NCBI GenBank assembly: GCA_963666515.2
Contig: OY762897.2
Location: 3,488,001-3,552,000, forward strand
From: Candidatus Binatia bacterium
Lineage (GTDB): Bacteria; Desulfobacterota; Binatia; UBA9968; JAJDTQ01
Direction of reading: 5' to 3'
Length of the DNA: 64,000 nucleotides
The notes beneath the pieces were generated by a model. The model saw only the letters and a program-made list of their open reading frames with translations, made no database searches and was not told where the DNA came from. The translations under genes were made by a program, and so were the position numbers. Shown here piece by piece: positions 30,577 to 38,993 of the stretch. How positions within the stretch are numbered: the first letter of the stretch is position 1; each line of letters begins with the position of its first letter.

Positions 30577-31044
30577 CTACTTCCGTCCTGTCTCCCGTTG
30601 CGTCATGATCGCCAGCCGGGTGAGGCCGGCGGAGCGGGCGGCGTCCATCACTTCCACCACCACTCCGTGAGGCACGCGGCGGTCCGCGCGGATGAGCACC
30701 TGCGGGTCGCGGCGCTGTCCGGCCGTCGCGCGTTGCTCGCCGGTCCCCGGTTGTCCGGCTATCCGTTGCCGTGCGGTTTCCCGGAGCCTCGCGGCCAGCG
30801 CCGGGAGGGCCACCCGCTCCCCGTCCACACGGACCTCGCCCTCCGGCGTGACGAGGATGCGTATGTCGCCGTCCTCGCGCTCCACCTGCGGGGCGGAGGC
30901 GTCGGGCAGGTCCACGGTGATGCCGGGATTGGCCAGGAAGTTCATGGACAGGGCGAAGAAGATCAGCAGGTTGAAGATGGTGTCCACCACCGGCGTCATG
31001 TCGATGAAGCCGCCCGCCGGGGTTCTGCGTGGCCGGAAGTCCAT
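30577..31044 (-). CDS. exbD: Biopolymer transport protein ExbD/TolR
   Basis: IDMTPVVDTIFNLLIFF, VLIRADRRVPHGVVVEVMD. Confidence 0.9.
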   Translation of the reverse strand: MDFRPRRTPAGGFIDMTPVVDTIFNLLIFFALSMNFLANPGITVDLPDASAPQVEREDGDIRILVTPEGEVRVDGERVALPALAARLRETARQRIAGQPGTGEQRATAGQRRDPQVLIRADRRVPHGVVVEVMDAARSAGLTRLAIMTQRETGRK

Positions 31045-31045
31045 G

Positions 31046-31702
31046 TCAGTCGGTGTGCCCGTCGGCGCCGGCCCGGTCCGCCTCGGGACCGGCCGAGTCC
31101 ATCTCGGGACTGACCAGGTCCATGAAACGAGTGCACAGCCGCTCCATCTCCAGGATGAGGGCGTTGGCCTTGTTCAACAGGTAACGGTGCATCACGATGG
31201 TGGGGATGGCCACGCTCAGCCCGGCCAGGGTGGTGATCAGCGCCTCGGATATCCCGCCCGCCAGGGTGGCCGGGTTGACCGCGCTCTGGGTGGAGATCAC
31301 CGAGAAGACCTCGATCATGCCCGAGATGGTTCCCAGCAGGCCGAGCAGCGTGCTGACCCCGGCGATGGTCCCGAGGGTATCGACGAACCGCTCCAGCCCG
31401 GCCGCCTCCTGGCGCCCAGCCTCTTCCAGGTGTTGTTTCATGACGTCGCGACGTTGCGCCGATACCCGCAGCCCGGCCGCCAGCACCCTGGCGACGGCCG
31501 CCGGGCTCCGGTCCAGCAACTCCAGGGCCGCGGGCAGGTCACGGCCGGCCACCAGCGCCTCGGCCCGCCGCACCAGGTCTGCGGGGGCCACCCGCTGCCT
31601 TCTCAGGCTGAACAGCCGCTCGACGAAGATGGCCAGCGCCGTGATCGAGCACAGCAGGATCGGGACCATGAAGAACCCGCCCTTGCCGAGGAATTCGAGC
31701 AT
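31046..31702 (-). CDS. exbB: MotA/TolQ/ExbB proton channel protein
   Basis: LGTIAGVSTLLGLLGTISGMI, GISEALITTLAGLSVAIP. Confidence 0.9.
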   Translation of the reverse strand: MLEFLGKGGFFMVPILLCSITALAIFVERLFSLRRQRVAPADLVRRAEALVAGRDLPAALELLDRSPAAVARVLAAGLRVSAQRRDVMKQHLEEAGRQEAAGLERFVDTLGTIAGVSTLLGLLGTISGMIEVFSVISTQSAVNPATLAGGISEALITTLAGLSVAIPTIVMHRYLLNKANALILEMERLCTRFMDLVSPEMDSAGPEADRAGADGHTD

Positions 31703-31724
31703 GAGCGGCCAATATCATTTATTC

Positions 31725-31753
31725 TTGACTTCGGGTAAAGGCTGCACTAGAAT
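31725..31753 (+). promoter_or_regulatory. Sigma70-like promoter spanning the left junction of the putative mobile element
   Basis: TTGACT (31725-31730), 17 bp, TAGAAT (31748-31753). Confidence 0.5.
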
Positions 31754-31858
31754 CCTTGATCGACAGGATCTTGACTCAGGAAGACAAGATATTTGAACTG
31801 GACTTCGTTCGTACATGAATACTATCGTAGGCCATCGCGAGTTGTAACGCTCGGTAGT

Positions 31859-33466
31859 TTAAGCGACGAGCTTCGCCTCATCGCAAATGGCATCGAGGTT
31901 CCTGGTGATGGCGGCAAAGCGCCGATGGGTCTTGGTATTGCCGCTCACGGCGTCGGGCGCAAGATGGGCCAGGCCGGGGCGAAGGATGCGGTTGTAGACA
32001 CGCGTGTAGAACATCGCCACCTTGAGGCCGTGTTCGGTCAAGTGGTAGCGGTAGGCGCCGGGGATGCGCTCGATCAGGCCGTGCAGGCGCAGGCGTCTCA
32101 GGTCGTAACTCATTCGGCCCGGGCGCATTGGACTGGGATCGAGGCCCAGGAGTGCACCGAGGTGCCCGCGCAGGTCGCGGTTGGAGAAGCCGCGGGCCGA
32201 AAGAGTGAACAAGAGCAGGGCCTGCATCAGAGCCTGCACGCGCTCATCGGCGAAGCGCAGGGCCGAGGCGCGTTGTCCGTGGAACTCCAGGCCGCGTTGA
32301 TGGCGTTGGAGTTCGTCTTCACCCAGGGCACAGTCGTGGCTGATGGTTTCTATCTGCAACAGACGACGGTTGGCTGTGAAGCCGACCTGGCACAACGCCG
32401 CCAGGTTAGACAGCCGCCGGCCCAGGGCGAAGTCATAGGTGTCGTTGACGGTGGTCTCGGTGCGCAGCGCCTGCCCTTCCTTGTGGTACTGCTTGATGCG
32501 CGAGTGCTTGTAGTCCACGTGCAAGGAAGGGGTGACGCCTGCGGTGATGACCCGGGTACGGAACCGACCGGGGGTGCGCCGGGTGACCCGGCGCTGGAAG
32601 ATCAACTGCACCTGGCTGGGGCGACCGAGATCGAGGTTCTCGCGGATCACGTCCTCGAAAAAGACGCGGCCCGAGGCCGGGCGGTCGAGCACCTGGGTCA
32701 GGCTGAACTCCGCTTGCAGGATGGAGATGTCGTAGCGCAGACCGGCGCGACGGTCCTGAGGCGTATACGGATGCGGCAGGCGATCGAACCACTTGCGCGC
32801 CAGTCTGTCGATGAAAGCGGCATCGAAGCCTTCGCAGATCTGTTGCAGCGCCTCGGGGTCTCCGCAGCAGCGCACGCCGTTGTCCAAAGCCTCGAACGGG
32901 ATGCCGCGCTCGCGCAACTGGCACTTGGCGTACTCGTTGCCGTTGAGGCACAGCTTGCCGTTGTACGGGAAGTAGGTGCAGAACTTGATGAAGAACGGCC
33001 CCGCCTGTTTGTCCACGCAATAGAAATACACATGGTTGACCATCGCGGTAGACGAGACCACCCACGGATAGGTGACCCCGGTGTCCGGGTTCCGGCGCCG
33101 CTCGGTGCGCATCACACGGGCCTTCTCCTGCGCTATCCCGATGTACAAAACCCCTTCGGTTCCCTTGAACCGCCCCAGGTACTCCTGCGTCACCTCGTCC
33201 TTGCGCTGGCCCTTCTTGAAGTGCACCACCTCGATCTGCTCCCGCTCCGCAAAGTCCTTCACCGCCTGCACGAACTCCCGACTCTTGGGCGCCAGCGCCA
33301 CCGTCGACGCAAACCGCTGGCCATGGTGCTTGTGCAGATACCCCACTACCCCGCCCACGCTCTGCAACTGCGGCACATACAGGTTCAAGTACAGGCGATC
33401 CACCGACTCGTATTCCAGCGTCACGTGATCGCGCAATACTTCCGCTACGGTTTGTGGTAGGCTCAT
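31859..33466 (-). CDS. Putative transposase/initiator-like protein, 535 aa, with C-terminal winged helix
   Basis: SVDRLYLNLYVP, LQAEFS, RIKQYHKEGQALRTETTVND and wHTH-like GFSNRDLR...MSYDLRRLRLHGLIERIP...YHLT; no DDE or HUH motif recognised; function inferred. Confidence 0.75.
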   Translation of the reverse strand: MSLPQTVAEVLRDHVTLEYESVDRLYLNLYVPQLQSVGGVVGYLHKHHGQRFASTVALAPKSREFVQAVKDFAEREQIEVVHFKKGQRKDEVTQEYLGRFKGTEGVLYIGIAQEKARVMRTERRRNPDTGVTYPWVVSSTAMVNHVYFYCVDKQAGPFFIKFCTYFPYNGKLCLNGNEYAKCQLRERGIPFEALDNGVRCCGDPEALQQICEGFDAAFIDRLARKWFDRLPHPYTPQDRRAGLRYDISILQAEFSLTQVLDRPASGRVFFEDVIRENLDLGRPSQVQLIFQRRVTRRTPGRFRTRVITAGVTPSLHVDYKHSRIKQYHKEGQALRTETTVNDTYDFALGRRLSNLAALCQVGFTANRRLLQIETISHDCALGEDELQRHQRGLEFHGQRASALRFADERVQALMQALLLFTLSARGFSNRDLRGHLGALLGLDPSPMRPGRMSYDLRRLRLHGLIERIPGAYRYHLTEHGLKVAMFYTRVYNRILRPGLAHLAPDAVSGNTKTHRRFAAITRNLDAICDEAKLVA

Positions 33467-33470
33467 GTCC

Positions 33471-33574
33471 GGCTCCGGTTGCTTCGGGCTTTTATGCCCA
33501 TTTGACCCTTTGAGGTCCGACCTTGCAAGGTCCCATGACCAGGGATTCAATCCCTGCTACAAGCGACCGGAGCC
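33471..33574. other. Multi-branched (five-way junction) structured leader, RNA or ssDNA
   Basis: 14-bp closing stem 33471-33484/33561-33574 enclosing four hairpins (33486-33499, 33504-33517, 33519-33532, 33540-33556). Confidence 0.65.
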
Positions 33575-33704
33575 AATCCCCTTACCCCCTCGTCGGTCTG
33601 AGGCGAAGCCTCGCTAGATAATTCACCATCATTCATCAGCCCACCCATTGATCTATCGGTTCAGCGATCCGTCCACCGCTCAGGCACCCCGAAAGGAGAC
33701 GCGC

Positions 33705-33974
33705 ATGGCAGCGGCAAAGAAGAAGGCCCCGGCGAAAAAGGCTCCGGCGAAGAAAGCCGCTGCCAGGAAAGCGCCGGCGAAGAAGGCTGCGGCCCGCAAG
33801 GCTCCTGCCAAGAAAGCGCCCGCTAAGAAGGCCGCTGCCAGGAAGGCGCCCGCCAAGAAAGCGCCCGCTAAGAAGGCGCCGGCGAAGAAAGCTCCGGCAA
33901 AGAAGACGGCCTCCCGCAAGGCGCCCGCCAGAAAAGCCGCCGCCAAGAAGAAGGCGCCGGCCCGGAAGCGGTAG
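33705..33974 (+). CDS. Histone H1-like Lys/Ala/Pro-rich protein
   Basis: AAGGAG upstream; 89 aa made almost entirely of [10 protein letters not shown] pentapeptides with varied synonymous codons. Confidence 0.85.
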   Translation: MAAAKKKAPAKKAPAKKAAARKAPAKKAAARKAPAKKAPAKKAAARKAPAKKAPAKKAPAKKAPAKKTASRKAPARKAAAKKKAPARKR

Positions 33975-33995
33975 CGCCGGGACGTCCGCGCCGTC

Positions 33996-34724
33996 GTGGA
34001 CGACGTCAACCTGTTCGTGGCCTTCCTCGCCGGGGGCCTCTCTTTTCTCAGCCCCTGCGTGCTGCCGCTGATCCCGTCCTACCTGTCGTTCGTATCCGGC
34101 ATATCGCCCCGCGAGATGGGGGAGGGCGGTTCGGGCACGGCCCGGGTCATGGGCAACGCCGCGGCCTTCGTGTTCGGCTTCTCGGCCGCCTTCGTCGCCC
34201 TGGGGGCGTCCGCGAGCCTGCTGGGAAGGCTGCTGGTCGGGTACCAGGACGCGGTGCGCGTCGGCGGAGGCCTGTTCATCCTGGTGGTGGGACTTTACCT
34301 GACCGGGCTGTTCAAGGTCGCCACCCTGGAACGCTACGCGCAGTTCAACCTGCGCAGCAAACCGGCCGGCTATATCGGGTCGGTGCTGGTGGGGCTTACC
34401 TTTGCGGTGGCGTGGATACCCTGCGTGGGGCCGATCCTCGGAGCCATCCTGACGCTGGCCGGCGCCGCCGGCGAGGTCCACCGCGGCGTGCTGCTGCTGT
34501 CGGCCTACGCCGCCGGCTTGGCGCTGCCGTTCCTGCTGAGCGCCCTGGCCATGAACCGGTTCATCAGGGTCTCCCGCGCCGTCGGCCCCTGGCTGCCGGC
34601 CATCCACGTGTGCGCGGGCCTGCTCCTGGTCGCCGTCGGCTTCCTCCTGCTCACCGACAACATGACCGCCCTCAACGCCTACGCCCTCCGCCTCACCCCT
34701 GCCTGGCTGATCACACGGCTGTAG
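33996..34724 (+). CDS. ccdA: Cytochrome c biogenesis protein CcdA
   Basis: [14 protein letters not shown] and [10 protein letters not shown] redox cysteines. Confidence 0.93.
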   Translation: MDDVNLFVAFLAGGLSFLSPCVLPLIPSYLSFVSGISPREMGEGGSGTARVMGNAAAFVFGFSAAFVALGASASLLGRLLVGYQDAVRVGGGLFILVVGLYLTGLFKVATLERYAQFNLRSKPAGYIGSVLVGLTFAVAWIPCVGPILGAILTLAGAAGEVHRGVLLLSAYAAGLALPFLLSALAMNRFIRVSRAVGPWLPAIHVCAGLLLVAVGFLLLTDNMTALNAYALRLTPAWLITRL

Positions 34725-34887
34725 CCGCGCGGCTTACGTAACGCGCAGCAACTCCCACAAGCCTCTCGGGCTGACAATCCGCAACCCCTCAACTGGCGGG
34801 GCATCCAGAAGGTCCTTGTCTCCGGATACCAGTCTTGTGTCACCACACTCCGTATATCCCTTAAATGCCTCCTACCAAGGGACGCGA

Positions 34888-34940
34888 TTGTCAAATCAAT
34901 TGTCTAGTGATACGCTTGTTAATACCGTTAAGTGCATCAC
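34888..34940 (+). promoter_or_regulatory. Putative promoter and operator of the Phd/RelE module
   Basis: TTGTCA (34888-34893), 17 bp, TACGCT (34911-34916); imperfect inverted repeat GTGATACGCTT (34907-34917)/AAGTGCATCAC (34930-34940) overlapping the -10. Confidence 0.5.
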
Positions 34941-34950
34941 AGGAGTTCTG

Positions 34951-35232
34951 ATGGCGAAATTACCCCAAATTATACCCGTGACCGACCTGCGGCAGGATGC
35001 GGCGGCCGTGTTGAAGCGAGTCGGCGAATCGCGCGAGCCCTTCGTCATTACCCAGCGCGGCCGGGCGGCGGCGGTGCTGCTGAGTGCGGAAGCGTACCAG
35101 CGTGCGGAGTCTGAACGGCAAATGCTCAGGCTGCTGGCGCAAGGGGAGAAGGAGATCGCCGAGGGGCAGGGTACCGACCTGGACACTGTGCTGGCGGAAG
35201 CCGACGCGCTGCTCGCGGATGAAGATTCGTGA
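34951..35232 (+). CDS. Phd/YefM-family antitoxin
   Basis: IIPVTDLRQDAA...EPFVITQRGRAAAVLLS; AGGAG upstream; overlaps the toxin start (GTGA). Confidence 0.9.
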   Translation: MAKLPQIIPVTDLRQDAAAVLKRVGESREPFVITQRGRAAAVLLSAEAYQRAESERQMLRLLAQGEKEIAEGQGTDLDTVLAEADALLADEDS

Positions 35233-35513
35233 GCGTCCGATTCACGCCATCCGCCCGGGCGCAATTCCTTGCCGCGATTGCCTATATCAAACGGGACAAC
35301 CCGGAAGCAGCGAGACGGTTTCGGCGACGGGCCGAGGATGTCCTGCGCCGACTCGATAAATTCCCCGACTCCGGCAGAGCCATTCCCGAGTTTCCGGAGG
35401 TGCCCTACCGGGAAGTGATCATCGCTCCGTACCGTTTTTTCTACCGCAAAGAAGACGACAACGTCTGGATCGCGGGCGTGTGGCACGGCGCCCAACTCTC
35501 GGATGAACCCTGA
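35229..35513 (+). CDS. RelE/ParE-family toxin
   Basis: VRFTPSA...YIKRDNPEAA...FPDSGR...YREVIIAPYRFFY...VWHGA. Confidence 0.9.
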   Translation: MSVRFTPSARAQFLAAIAYIKRDNPEAARRFRRRAEDVLRRLDKFPDSGRAIPEFPEVPYREVIIAPYRFFYRKEDDNVWIAGVWHGAQLSDEP

Positions 35514-35529
35514 GATTCGGGGAGGCAAT

Positions 35530-36741
35530 GTGAAATCGGTACCGGCAGACAGTGACTCCGAACTTCTGGCCCGTGCCGCGGCCATCCACGCCCGTGTCCT
35601 CACCATGGACACACACGTGGACATCCCGCCTGATTTCGGCACCGAGAGCTACGACCCCAGGGAGGCGAAGCGGGGCCGGGGCCAGATCGATCTGGTGGGG
35701 ATGGAGCACGGGGGGCTGGATGCGGTCTTCTTCATCGTCTACGTGGGGCAGGGCGAGCGCAACACGGCCGGGTACGCCCGCGCCATGGCGGACGCCTTCG
35801 CCAAGTTTGCCGCCATCCGGCGGATGACGGACGTGCAGTATCCGGACACGATCTCCCTGGCGCGGACGGCCGCGGACGTTCGCCGCATTCACGTCGAGGG
35901 GCGGCTGGCGGCGCTCATCGGTATCGAGAACGGCCATGCGCTGGGGCGTGACCTGCGGATCCTGGACACCTACTACGACTTTGGCGCGCGCTACCTGGGG
36001 CTGACCCACAACGGCCACAACGACCTCGGCGACTCGGCGGTGCCCTACCCGCGCCTCAAGGACTCGCCCAGCGAGCACGGCGGCCTCACCGACTTCGGGC
36101 GCGCCGTGGTCGGGCGCGCCAACGATCTGGGCATCATGGTGGATATCTCCCACGCGGCCATGACCACCGCTCTGGAAGCCATCAAGACCTCTCGCGCGCC
36201 GGTGGTCGCGTCCCACTCCAGCGTGAAGGGAGTCTACGACCACCCGCGCAACCTGACCGACGAGGCGCTGACGGCGCTCCGGGACAACGGCGGAGTGGCC
36301 CAGATGGTGGCCTTCGACGCCTACCTGCGGCCGGTGTCCGGCGAGAGGCAGGCGGCGTTCCGCGCCCTCCGAACGGAGATGGGGATCAAGGGATTCGCCG
36401 ACTTCCAGCGGTTGAGCGACGAAAAGCGCGATGTCTGGCACACCCATCGTCAGGAGATCGACGTCAAGTGGCCCAAGGCATCGGTGAGCGACTTCGCCGA
36501 TCACATCGACTACGCGGTCAATCTCATCGGCATCGACCACGTAGGCATCGCCTCGGACTTCAACGGAGGCGGCGGAATCGCGGGTTGGGACAATGCCCGG
36601 GATACCCTCAATGTCACTATCGAGCTGGTGCGCCGGGGCTACACGGAACCCGATATCGCGAAACTGTGGGGCCACAACCTGCTACGGGTGATGGAGGCCG
36701 TGGAGGGGTTTCGCCTGGATTCCGGGTCAAGCCCGGAATGA
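35530..36741 (+). CDS. M19 membrane dipeptidase family protein
   Basis: DTHVD, IGIENG, LTHNGHN, VDISH, ASHS, GIASDFNGG; GGAGG before GTG 35530. Confidence 0.92.
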   Translation: MKSVPADSDSELLARAAAIHARVLTMDTHVDIPPDFGTESYDPREAKRGRGQIDLVGMEHGGLDAVFFIVYVGQGERNTAGYARAMADAFAKFAAIRRMTDVQYPDTISLARTAADVRRIHVEGRLAALIGIENGHALGRDLRILDTYYDFGARYLGLTHNGHNDLGDSAVPYPRLKDSPSEHGGLTDFGRAVVGRANDLGIMVDISHAAMTTALEAIKTSRAPVVASHSSVKGVYDHPRNLTDEALTALRDNGGVAQMVAFDAYLRPVSGERQAAFRALRTEMGIKGFADFQRLSDEKRDVWHTHRQEIDVKWPKASVSDFADHIDYAVNLIGIDHVGIASDFNGGGGIAGWDNARDTLNVTIELVRRGYTEPDIAKLWGHNLLRVMEAVEGFRLDSGSSPE

Positions 36742-36743
36742 CG
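36715..36743. repeat. Family A palindromic repeat overlapping the dipeptidase 3' end
   Basis: Exact reverse complement of 5242-5270; contains the TGA stop at 36739-36741. Confidence 0.88.
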
Positions 36744-36797
36744 GTTGGAGCCCGCGATGACGGGGCGGGCCTGGGCGAAGGCGGCAAACGGAAACGA

Positions 36798-37343
36798 CTA
36801 ACGGAACAGGTTCAGCACCGGGTCTATCAGGTAGGAATCGAAGGAGTACAGGCCGAGGCCGTGAGCGATCTGGCCGGCGGGCAGCGGGAACGAGAGAGCC
36901 TCCTCCAGGCCGATCTTGAAGAAGACGTACACGCCCAGGCTGTACAGGAGGCTGGTGAGCCAGAGCTCACGGGCCTGATAGCGGAGAAATATCGTCGGGA
37001 TGACCAGCCCGCCGACCTTGAATCCCAGGAGCCACAGGCCCACCGCGAAGGCCACGGCCCAGAAGGAGATCTCCAGCGTGCGCCGGCGCACCATGGCAGG
37101 CTCCAGCACGGGGCCGGCCTCCGCCAGGGGATCCGGCGCTGCCGGAACATCGCCGAGCCCGACCGGCCGGAGCCCCAGCCACAGGCTGTAGGCCAAGTGC
37201 ATCACGGCCATGGCCAGCACCGGGTAGCCGATGGCCAGGGGGAAGAAACGCGTGCGCGCCGGCCACTCCTGCGCCTCCCACACCGCCCAGGAGAGGAGCG
37301 TCACCAGCAGCACGCCGATGACGACATCGGTCCGGTTACGCAC
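36798..37343 (-). CDS. tctB: Tripartite tricarboxylate transporter small subunit
   Basis: About four TM segments, RFFP motif, C-terminal FPLPAG; overlaps the tctA end. Confidence 0.82.
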   Translation of the reverse strand: MRNRTDVVIGVLLVTLLSWAVWEAQEWPARTRFFPLAIGYPVLAMAVMHLAYSLWLGLRPVGLGDVPAAPDPLAEAGPVLEPAMVRRRTLEISFWAVAFAVGLWLLGFKVGGLVIPTIFLRYQARELWLTSLLYSLGVYVFFKIGLEEALSFPLPAGQIAHGLGLYSFDSYLIDPVLNLFR

Positions 37344-38832
37344 CCGGCTCCTCCTGGAGCTTGGCCCGCTTCGCCATCCAGTCCTGCAGCCCGGGCAGGA
37401 AGATCACGACCAGGGCGATCCCGAAGGTTACCATGACGATGGGACGCGTCAGGAACCAGAGCCCGTAAATCTCGTAGGAGATGAACAGGTTCCGCTCCAC
37501 CAGCGACCCCAGCACCAGGCCCAGCACCAGCGGGGGGCGCGGCCAGCCGTGGTTCACCATGATCACGCCCATCACTCCGAACACCAGCGTAGTGGCCATG
37601 GCGAAGTAGGAACCGGTGTTGGCGAAACCCGCCAGGAAGATGAGCATGAACAGCGAGGGGATCAGCAGCGATCCGCGCACTTGGGTGATCTTCGCCAGAT
37701 GGTTCAGGAACAGCAGGCACAGCACCACGGTGATGATGTTCGAGATGACGATGAGCCAGACGAACGAGAAGGTCAGAGCCAGATGCTCGGTCAGCATCTT
37801 CGGCCCGGGCTGCAGTCCCTGGATGATGAAAGCGCCCAGCAGGATAGCGGTGGTGGCGCTGCCGGGCACCCCGAAGGCAACGGTGGGGATCATGGCGGCG
37901 CCGATGCCCGAGTTGTTCGCCGCGCCCGGCCCCAGGACGCCGCGCACGTCGCCCTTGCCGAAGCCGCTCTTGTCCCTGGTGCTCTGCACCGCGTGGGCGT
38001 AGGACACCCACTGGGACAGCGCGGCGCTCACTCCGGGCACGAGGCCGAAGAAGGTGCCGATCATGCTGCAGCGGACGGTGAGGCCGATGTGGACGAAGGT
38101 GTCCTTGACCCCCTGCCACACGCCGCCCAGCTTGCCCACCTTGGTGTCGGCGATGGCGGAGCCCTTGACCCACAGCTCCACGATCTCCGGCACCGCGAAC
38201 AGCCCCACGGCCGCGGCGATGAGGCCGACCCCTTCCCACAGGTGCACGAGGCCAAAGGTATAGCGCTCGAGGTTCTCCTGGTAGTCCAGGCCGACGGTGG
38301 ACAGCACGAGCCCCAGTCCGCCCGCCAGCACCCCCTTGAGCTTGTTGTCGCCGCTCAGGGCCGCGAGAAAGCAGATCCCCAGGATGGCCAGGGCGAAGAA
38401 CTCCGGCGACTTGAAGGACAGCACCAGCGGGGTGACGATGGGAATGGCCAACGCCAGGGAGAAGGCGCCGACGATGGCGCCTACCAGCGAGCTCATGAGC
38501 GCCGCGCCCAGGGCGCGGCCGGCCTCGCCCTTTTTCGCCATGGGATGGCCGTCGATGATGGTGGCGGTGGACACCACCTCCCCGGGCACGCCGAACAGGA
38601 TCGAGGTGATGTCGCCGGTGGTGCCGGTGACCGCGTACATCCCGAGCAGGAACGCGAACGCCTGCACCGGGTCCATCTCGAAGATGAACGGCAGCATGAG
38701 CGCCACCGCCCCGGGGCTGCCGATGCCGGGCAGTATCCCGACGATGAACCCCAGGAAGATGCCGATGCACATCAACAGGAACGTGGTCTGGTCGAATACC
38801 TGGATGAGTCCTGTGACGAAGGCTTCCAGCAT
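37336..38832 (-). CDS. tctA: Tripartite tricarboxylate transporter large subunit
   Basis: VGILPGIG, ILFGVPG, DGHPMAKKGEAGRAL, AANNS, PLVLGLVLG. Confidence 0.93.
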   Translation of the reverse strand: MLEAFVTGLIQVFDQTTFLLMCIGIFLGFIVGILPGIGSPGAVALMLPFIFEMDPVQAFAFLLGMYAVTGTTGDITSILFGVPGEVVSTATIIDGHPMAKKGEAGRALGAALMSSLVGAIVGAFSLALAIPIVTPLVLSFKSPEFFALAILGICFLAALSGDNKLKGVLAGGLGLVLSTVGLDYQENLERYTFGLVHLWEGVGLIAAAVGLFAVPEIVELWVKGSAIADTKVGKLGGVWQGVKDTFVHIGLTVRCSMIGTFFGLVPGVSAALSQWVSYAHAVQSTRDKSGFGKGDVRGVLGPGAANNSGIGAAMIPTVAFGVPGSATTAILLGAFIIQGLQPGPKMLTEHLALTFSFVWLIVISNIITVVLCLLFLNHLAKITQVRGSLLIPSLFMLIFLAGFANTGSYFAMATTLVFGVMGVIMVNHGWPRPPLVLGLVLGSLVERNLFISYEIYGLWFLTRPIVMVTFGIALVVIFLPGLQDWMAKRAKLQEEPGA

Positions 38833-38993
38833 GGCGTCGTGGGCAACGGGAACGGTTGATTCGCTGTTTTACGGTTAGAGTTGAAGCTTCAGGTTAGAGT
38901 CAGGAGAGCGGGGCCCGGCCCGCACCCGCCTGCCGCGGACGCGGGCCGGAGCCCGGTATCACCTACGTTGATTCGACGGCACGCCGCCGGTCT

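Larger units (their letters stand above)
31747..33617 (-). mobile_element. Putative unclassified insertion element bounded by CTAG, without terminal inverted repeats
   Basis: CTAG at 31747-31750 and 33614-33617; hairpins near both ends (31768-31790, 33600-33612); one large ORF; sits between the divergent exbB and H1-like genes. Confidence 0.65.

Noticed and set aside
31793-33460. 555-aa ORF antisense to the element's gene, downstream of the junction promoter
   Set aside because: Its position is suggestive, but it has a TTG start without a clear RBS and no recognisable domain, and long antisense frames shadow most genes in this window. Conservation across homologues would be needed to revive it.
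33471-33574. tRNA gene suggested by the cloverleaf-like fold
   Set aside because: The 14-bp closing stem and four inner arms do not fit tRNA geometry; no canonical D arm or CCA end, although the last arm has a TTCAA loop-like sequence
33715-33970. Tandem 15-bp repeats as a possible CRISPR or VNTR
   Set aside because: No unique spacers; variation is synonymous within a Lys/Ala/Pro coding frame
34788-34810. TGGCGGG motif upstream of the Phd/RelE module as a tRNA-derived att remnant
   Set aside because: Too short; no tRNA or integrase in the window
38910-38956. GC-rich hairpin between tctC and tctA as a terminator
   Set aside because: No U-tract; at most an mRNA-stability hairpin, and not matched to the repeat families
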